This document shows, one piece after another, positions 59,150 to 64,000 of a stretch of 64,000 nucleotides of DNA (positions are counted from its first letter, which is position 1; every line of letters begins with the position of its first letter). Where the stretch lies: positions 28,277 through 92,276 of the forward strand of contig CAMKPE010000004.1 in assembly GCA_946414595.1 (NCBI GenBank), written 5' to 3'. This DNA is from an uncultured Clostridium sp. GTDB lineage: Bacteria; Bacillota_I; Bacilli_A; RF39; UBA660. The notes beneath the pieces were generated by a model, which worked only from the letters and a program-made list of their open reading frames with translations, was not told the origin of the DNA and ran no database searches. A program made the position numbers and the translations under genes.

Positions 59150-59569
59150 ATGAAGTTTAAGATTATTATATATATAATTGTTTTTATATTTGTTGTTTTA
59201 GTATATACAATTGTTAATCATAAAGAATTTAAGACTTTAGTTTGTAATGGGGACTTTGCCTTAGCAGATGGTATTTCTAGTCAAGAATATACTTTTGAAG
59301 GGGATAGCAATTATATAAAAAAACAAAAAATAGAAGTTATAATTCATACAACAAATAAGAGTATTATTGATGATTATTTAAGTATATTAAGAGATAATGA
59401 AGAGTGCCATGATATAGTTGTAGAAGAAGAATTAATAAGTTATATATGTGATTATGATTTAGTTATTAATCATTATTATTCTTCAATAGAAGATGATAAT
59501 GGAAGATTAAGTTTTAAGGTTGTAAAATCGAGATTTGAAGAAGATAGTTTTGTTTGCTCATACAAATAA
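59150..59569 (+). CDS. Membrane-anchored exported protein (DUF1307-like pattern)
   Basis: N-terminal anchor, KTLVC and C-terminal SFVC. Confidence 0.7.
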   Translation: MKFKIIIYIIVFIFVVLVYTIVNHKEFKTLVCNGDFALADGISSQEYTFEGDSNYIKKQKIEVIIHTTNKSIIDDYLSILRDNEECHDIVVEEELISYICDYDLVINHYYSSIEDDNGRLSFKVVKSRFEEDSFVCSYK

Positions 59570-59595
59570 AATTATTTTTTTAAATGGGTGATAAT

Positions 59596-61467
59596 ATGAA
59601 AGAAAAAACGAAAAAAATGATTCAAATATTTATTTCTATATTGTTATTCATAATAGTTATCATAATAGATAAGTGTTGTGATTTCTCTATAGAAGTTAGA
59701 TTTTGTATGTATTTAGTCCCTTATTTAGTAAGTGGATACGATGTAATCATCGATGCATTTAAAGGTTTATTAAAAATGGAAATGTTTGATGAATGCCTTT
59801 TAATGTGTATTGCTACATTTGGAGCCTTTTTGTTGTGTTTTGTTCCAAATGCAAGCCCAGAATTTATTGAAGCAATATGCGTTATGATATTCTTTCAAAT
59901 TGGTGAGTTATTTGAAATTATTGCAGAAGATGATAGTGAAAGAAGTATTAATTCACTAATTGATTTGATGCCAAGTAGTGCTAATCTTGAGATGGAAAAT
60001 GGTAAAGTTAAGAAAGTTAAATGTGAAAGTTTAAGATTATTTGATACGATTATTATTAAAAAAGGTGAGAAAGTTCCAGTAGATGGAGAAATAATTGAAG
60101 GAAGTACAAGTTTAAATACATCATTTTTAACAGGAGAAGCTATACCTAAATACGCTAGAGTTGGTGATAATATCATGTCTGGTTGTATTAATGATGGTGA
60201 TGTAATAAAACTTAAAGTAATGAAAACTTATGAAGATTCTACTGCATCAAAAATAATTGAAATGGTAGAAAACTCTAATGAAGTTAGATCTAATAGTGAT
60301 AAGTTTATTACTAAGTTTGCAAGAATATATACGCCACTAGTTATTTTGTGTGCTTTAATACTTGCACTTGTTCCTCCTATATTTGATAAGAATGAAGTAT
60401 TATGGATTAATAGAAGTTTAAGTTTCTTAATCGTATCTTGTCCATGTGCTTTAGTAATATCTGTTCCGCTTTCTTATTTTGGTGGAATTGGTGCTGCTAG
60501 TAAAAAAGGTATTCTTATTAAAGGAGCTAAGTACTTAGAAGACTTAGCTAAAGTTAATACTGTTGCATTTGATAAGACAGGTACACTTACAAAAGGTAAC
60601 TTTGAAGTAGTTGCAATTCACCCTAATGTATTAAACGAAAAAGAATTATTACACCTAACTATGCATGTAGAAAGTTTTTCAACACATCCAATAGCAGTAT
60701 CTTTAAAAGATGCATATGATAAATATTCAAATGTTAAAGATAAATGCAAAGTTAAAGATGTAGAAGAAATTGAAGGGCTTGGAATAAAAGCTACAGTTAA
60801 TAATGAAGTTATTTATGTAGGAAATGAAAAACTAATGAATCAGTTAAAGATTAAATATAATAAATGTAATAGAGTAGGTTCAATTATTTATGTAGCATCT
60901 AATGAAAACTACTATGGTCATATAGTAATATCTGATCAAATAAAAGAAGACTCTTATAATGCTATAAGAGATTTAAATGAAATGGGTATTAAGACTTACA
61001 TGTTAACTGGAGATAGTGAAGAAATAGCTAAATATGTATCAAGAGAGTTAAAGATATATAAGTACTATGCTTCACTAATGCCAAAAGATAAAGTTAAAAT
61101 AGTTAATAAACTTGAAAAGGCAAATGATAATAGAGTTATATTTGTTGGAGATGGGGTAAATGATGCTCCAGTACTATCAAGAAGCAACTTAGGTGTTTCT
61201 ATGGGAGGTATTGGAAGTGATATAGCAATTGAATCTTCTTCAATAGTTATAATGGATGATAAAGTATCTAAAGTAATTGATTCAATTAATCTATCTAAGA
61301 AGGTTAATAAGATAGTAAAAGAAAATATTATACTTGCATTACTTACTAAGTTTTCAGTACTTGGATTAGCCTTAGTTGGTCTTGCTCCAATGCTTCTTGC
61401 AGTATTCGCTGACGTTGGTGTTACAATACTTGCAATTTTAAATGCTTTGCGAACATTGAAATTATAG
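59596..61467 (+). CDS. Heavy-metal P1B ATPase (CadA/ZntA type) without an N-terminal HMA domain
   Basis: TGE, CPC, DKTGT, HP, GDGVND and ADVG motifs. Confidence 0.93.
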   Translation: MKEKTKKMIQIFISILLFIIVIIIDKCCDFSIEVRFCMYLVPYLVSGYDVIIDAFKGLLKMEMFDECLLMCIATFGAFLLCFVPNASPEFIEAICVMIFFQIGELFEIIAEDDSERSINSLIDLMPSSANLEMENGKVKKVKCESLRLFDTIIIKKGEKVPVDGEIIEGSTSLNTSFLTGEAIPKYARVGDNIMSGCINDGDVIKLKVMKTYEDSTASKIIEMVENSNEVRSNSDKFITKFARIYTPLVILCALILALVPPIFDKNEVLWINRSLSFLIVSCPCALVISVPLSYFGGIGAASKKGILIKGAKYLEDLAKVNTVAFDKTGTLTKGNFEVVAIHPNVLNEKELLHLTMHVESFSTHPIAVSLKDAYDKYSNVKDKCKVKDVEEIEGLGIKATVNNEVIYVGNEKLMNQLKIKYNKCNRVGSIIYVASNENYYGHIVISDQIKEDSYNAIRDLNEMGIKTYMLTGDSEEIAKYVSRELKIYKYYASLMPKDKVKIVNKLEKANDNRVIFVGDGVNDAPVLSRSNLGVSMGGIGSDIAIESSSIVIMDDKVSKVIDSINLSKKVNKIVKENIILALLTKFSVLGLALVGLAPMLLAVFADVGVTILAILNALRTLKL

Positions 61468-61519
61468 ATTATAATATTATTAGAGGTATTAAATATAATT
61501 TTATAAGAAAGGATTTTAT

Positions 61520-62464
61520 ATGAGAAAGAAAGTTGTTGTTTTTGGTGGTGGAACAGGAATGAGTTCTTTATTAAAAGGACTTAAAGAGTTTCCAATTGAT
61601 ATAACTGCAGTTGTATCAGTATGTGATGATGGACGAAGCACAGGTAGATTACGTGAAGAATTCCATGTTCCTGCAATGGGAGATATAAGACAAGTACTTG
61701 TATCCTTATCAGAGACTGAACCATTAGTAGAAAAACTTTTAAACTATAGATTTAAATCAAATAGTGATTTAAACGGCCATCCAGTTGGTAATCTTCTTTT
61801 AACAGCACTTAGTAATATGACAGGTAATATGTCTAGTGGTGTTGAAGCACTTGGAAAAGTATTAAATCTTAAAGGACATATACTTCCTCTTACTGAAGAT
61901 GAAGTAACTCTTGTTGCTAAGATGGAAGATGGTAAAGTTATTGAAGGAGAACATAATATAACTGAATATAACGGAAAAATTAAAGAAGTATACTATAAAG
62001 AAGAACCTGTATTAAATGATTTAGTAGAAGAAGCTATTAAAGAAGCTGATTTAATAATACTAAGTATGGGAAGTCTTTATTCAAGTATTATTCCAAACTT
62101 ATTATGTAAAGATGTAATTAAACTAATTGATAACTCAAAAGTTCCAATTATGTATACTTGTAATTTAATGACACAACCTGGAGAAACTGATGACTTGACT
62201 GTTTCTGAACACGTTAATATACTAAATAGATATCTTGGAAAAAGAAAGGTTAATGTAGTTTTAGCAAATGAAGGATTAATTAAAGAAAGTATTAGAAAGA
62301 AATACGAAACTTTAGAACAAAAAGATCCAGTTAAACTAGATAGAGAAAATTTAGGAGACATTGAAGTAATATCTAACGATTATGTTAAAATCGAAAATGA
62401 ATTATTAAGACATGATGCAATATTACTTTCGCTTGATATATTCAAATACCTAATAACAAAATAG
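61520..62464 (+). CDS. yvcK: YvcK/GlmR UDP-GlcNAc-binding protein
   Basis: GGGTG, DDGRSTG, GHPVGN, NLMTQPGET and RHD motifs. Confidence 0.95.
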   Translation: MRKKVVVFGGGTGMSSLLKGLKEFPIDITAVVSVCDDGRSTGRLREEFHVPAMGDIRQVLVSLSETEPLVEKLLNYRFKSNSDLNGHPVGNLLLTALSNMTGNMSSGVEALGKVLNLKGHILPLTEDEVTLVAKMEDGKVIEGEHNITEYNGKIKEVYYKEEPVLNDLVEEAIKEADLIILSMGSLYSSIIPNLLCKDVIKLIDNSKVPIMYTCNLMTQPGETDDLTVSEHVNILNRYLGKRKVNVVLANEGLIKESIRKKYETLEQKDPVKLDRENLGDIEVISNDYVKIENELLRHDAILLSLDIFKYLITK

Positions 62465-62476
62465 TGAGGTACTTAT

Positions 62477-62914
62477 ATGATTAGCTTATTATTATTTTGT
62501 GGTTTCTTTTTAAACATCTATAGAAACTTAAGCGATAAAATGAAAGAAATCATAAATTATTTAATAGTAGGTGGTTGTACTACTGTAGTTAGTATAGTTA
62601 CTTACTATATATTTAGATTATTTATTGATAATTATTTAATTTGTACAGTTATATCTTGGATATTTGCAGTACTTTTTGCATATGTTACAAACAAGATATT
62701 TGTATTCCATAGTAAGGATAAAAATATCTTAATTGAGTTTGTATCATTCATATTCTCAAGATTATTATCACTTGCTGCAGAAGTAATATGTATGTTTACT
62801 TTAGTAGATATAATTAAAATGAGTGATATGGTTGCTAAGATAATTGTTCAATTTATAATAATTGTCTTAAACTACATATTTAGTAAATTATTTGTATTTA
62901 AAGGAAAAGAATAA
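62477..62914 (+). CDS. GtrA family membrane protein
   Basis: YLIVGGCTT, FAYVTNKIFVF and LNYIFSKLFVF motifs. Confidence 0.92.
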   Translation: MISLLLFCGFFLNIYRNLSDKMKEIINYLIVGGCTTVVSIVTYYIFRLFIDNYLICTVISWIFAVLFAYVTNKIFVFHSKDKNILIEFVSFIFSRLLSLAAEVICMFTLVDIIKMSDMVAKIIVQFIIIVLNYIFSKLFVFKGKE

Positions 62915-62992
62915 TCTTTTCTTTTTTTATACAAATTTTCTTTTTGAATATTAATATTTTTGTAGTATATTATTAGTAGTAGAGGAATTAAT

Positions 62993-63604
62993 ATGGATAG
63001 TCATGAATCATTAAATAATGAAAACGAATATAGATCTAGTGAAAAGAAAAATAATAATTCATCCGTTAAAATATTTGGATTTGTTATTTTATGTATATTT
63101 ATATTTGCAGTGATTTTTGCATTTGGAACTTCAAAAGAAGATAAAAATGAAACAAAAATTGAAGAAGAGAAAGTTAAAACAATAGAAAGAGATATAACTT
63201 ATGTAAAATTAATGTGTCTTAATGAAACTAAAGTAGATAATTATTCTTTAAGAACAGATATTACAAATAATTATAGAGATGGTGTTTTACAAAATTTAGA
63301 AATAAAGTATTCTTATTATAAGAGAAGTGAATCTAGTGATAATAAAGTACCTACCTTCCCACAAGTAGAAAAAATGAAGAAAATCGATGCAGCAGGAGTT
63401 ATAAAGGGAAATATAGAAAATGGATATATCGTTTCAGCAGATTTTGAACACTATGAATTACGTAATGTAGAAGAATTGAAAGACTATACATATGTAGTAG
63501 GGGCTGAATATGATTATTTAACAAGTATTGGTTTCTATTGCTCTTCTGAATCTAAAGTAGTAAAGGAAACAGTTTACGTTGATACTAACGAAAAAGTTAA
63601 ATAA
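62993..63604 (+). CDS. Single-pass exported protein (DUF1307-like Cys pair)
   Basis: TM at aa 27-44; KLMC ... GFYC. Confidence 0.7.
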   Translation: MDSHESLNNENEYRSSEKKNNNSSVKIFGFVILCIFIFAVIFAFGTSKEDKNETKIEEEKVKTIERDITYVKLMCLNETKVDNYSLRTDITNNYRDGVLQNLEIKYSYYKRSESSDNKVPTFPQVEKMKKIDAAGVIKGNIENGYIVSADFEHYELRNVEELKDYTYVVGAEYDYLTSIGFYCSSESKVVKETVYVDTNEKVK

Positions 63605-63630
63605 ATATAAAATATAGTAGAGGAATTATT

Positions 63631-64000
63631 ATGAGCAGTAAACAATCTATTAAAAAAGAAGATAATATAGAATCTTCTGATGTAGCTAAAGAAAAGAAAG
63701 ATAATAATGTTTTAATACTTACAATAGTAGTTGTTATTCTAAGTATATTTATTTTTGTTATGTTTTTTATAAATGGAAGTTTTTGTGAAGATTCTAAATG
63801 TAGATCAGTAATGCCAATTGAAAAAGAACTTAAATATCAATATATAAACTATAATGGTTATAGATTTAAAATGAGTCTTGATTGGAAGTTTATTGGTAAA
63901 GGTAATACTTATGAAATTTCTAATAGAAAAGAAACAATGTATATGACTTTGAATACAATCGATATGTCATATGATTCATTTATATCCAGTTCTTTTCAAA
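63631..64000 (+). CDS. Single-pass membrane protein, truncated by the window end
   Basis: GAGG RBS; MSSKQSIKK...VLILTIVVVILSIFIFVMFF; frame open to the end. Confidence 0.75.
   Translation, partial: MSSKQSIKKEDNIESSDVAKEKKDNNVLILTIVVVILSIFIFVMFFINGSFCEDSKCRSVMPIEKELKYQYINYNGYRFKMSLDWKFIGKGNTYEISNRKETMYMTLNTIDMSYDSFISSSFQ

Noticed and set aside
56709-59569. Integrated mobile element at tRNA-Met
   Set aside because: No integrase and no duplicated tRNA 3' end were seen in the window.
1-64000. Mycoplasma-type genetic code 4
   Set aside because: TGA ends genes at their expected positions (813, uppS, cmk, cssR) and the conserved Trp codons checked are TGG.

Overview
AT-rich, gene-dense chromosomal segment, almost all on the + strand, using genetic code 11 (TGA is a stop, Trp is TGG). 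Gene content points to a genome-reduced member of the Bacilli; an RF39/RFN20-like uncultured lineage is an inference from short SMC, CssRS, AddAB, T-boxes and DUF285 repeats. The housekeeping backbone is rbfA, 6S RNA-tcdA, rpsP-khpA, uppS-cdsA-rseP, smc, ruvAB-queA, addBA, dnaI, glmS, thrS, mraZ-rsmH-ftsL-pbp, def, recD2, cmk-alaS, cssRS, tRNA-Met, a P1B ATPase and yvcK. Three accessory layers are interleaved. (1) A surface apparatus: tandem giant Cys-rich secreted paralogs, PilC/PilD and two modular pilin-adhesin fusions. The giant gene and pilC share an identical 14-nt leader, and the two pilins share an operator-like palindrome. (2) Signal-peptide-less WXG100-like proteins (a tandem WXG100-like protein and two helical-hairpin/serine-hydrolase fusions), orphan protease-like genes whose RBS is hidden in read-through RNA, and zinc-ribbon membrane proteins. 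(3) Small sporulation-type genes, two of them absent from the ORF track, with sigE/sigG/sigK-like promoters. cmk sits between an atypical Ala T-box and alaS. No CRISPR array, rRNA, IS element, integrase or reverse transcriptase was seen. All calls are from reading the sequence; no database search was run.
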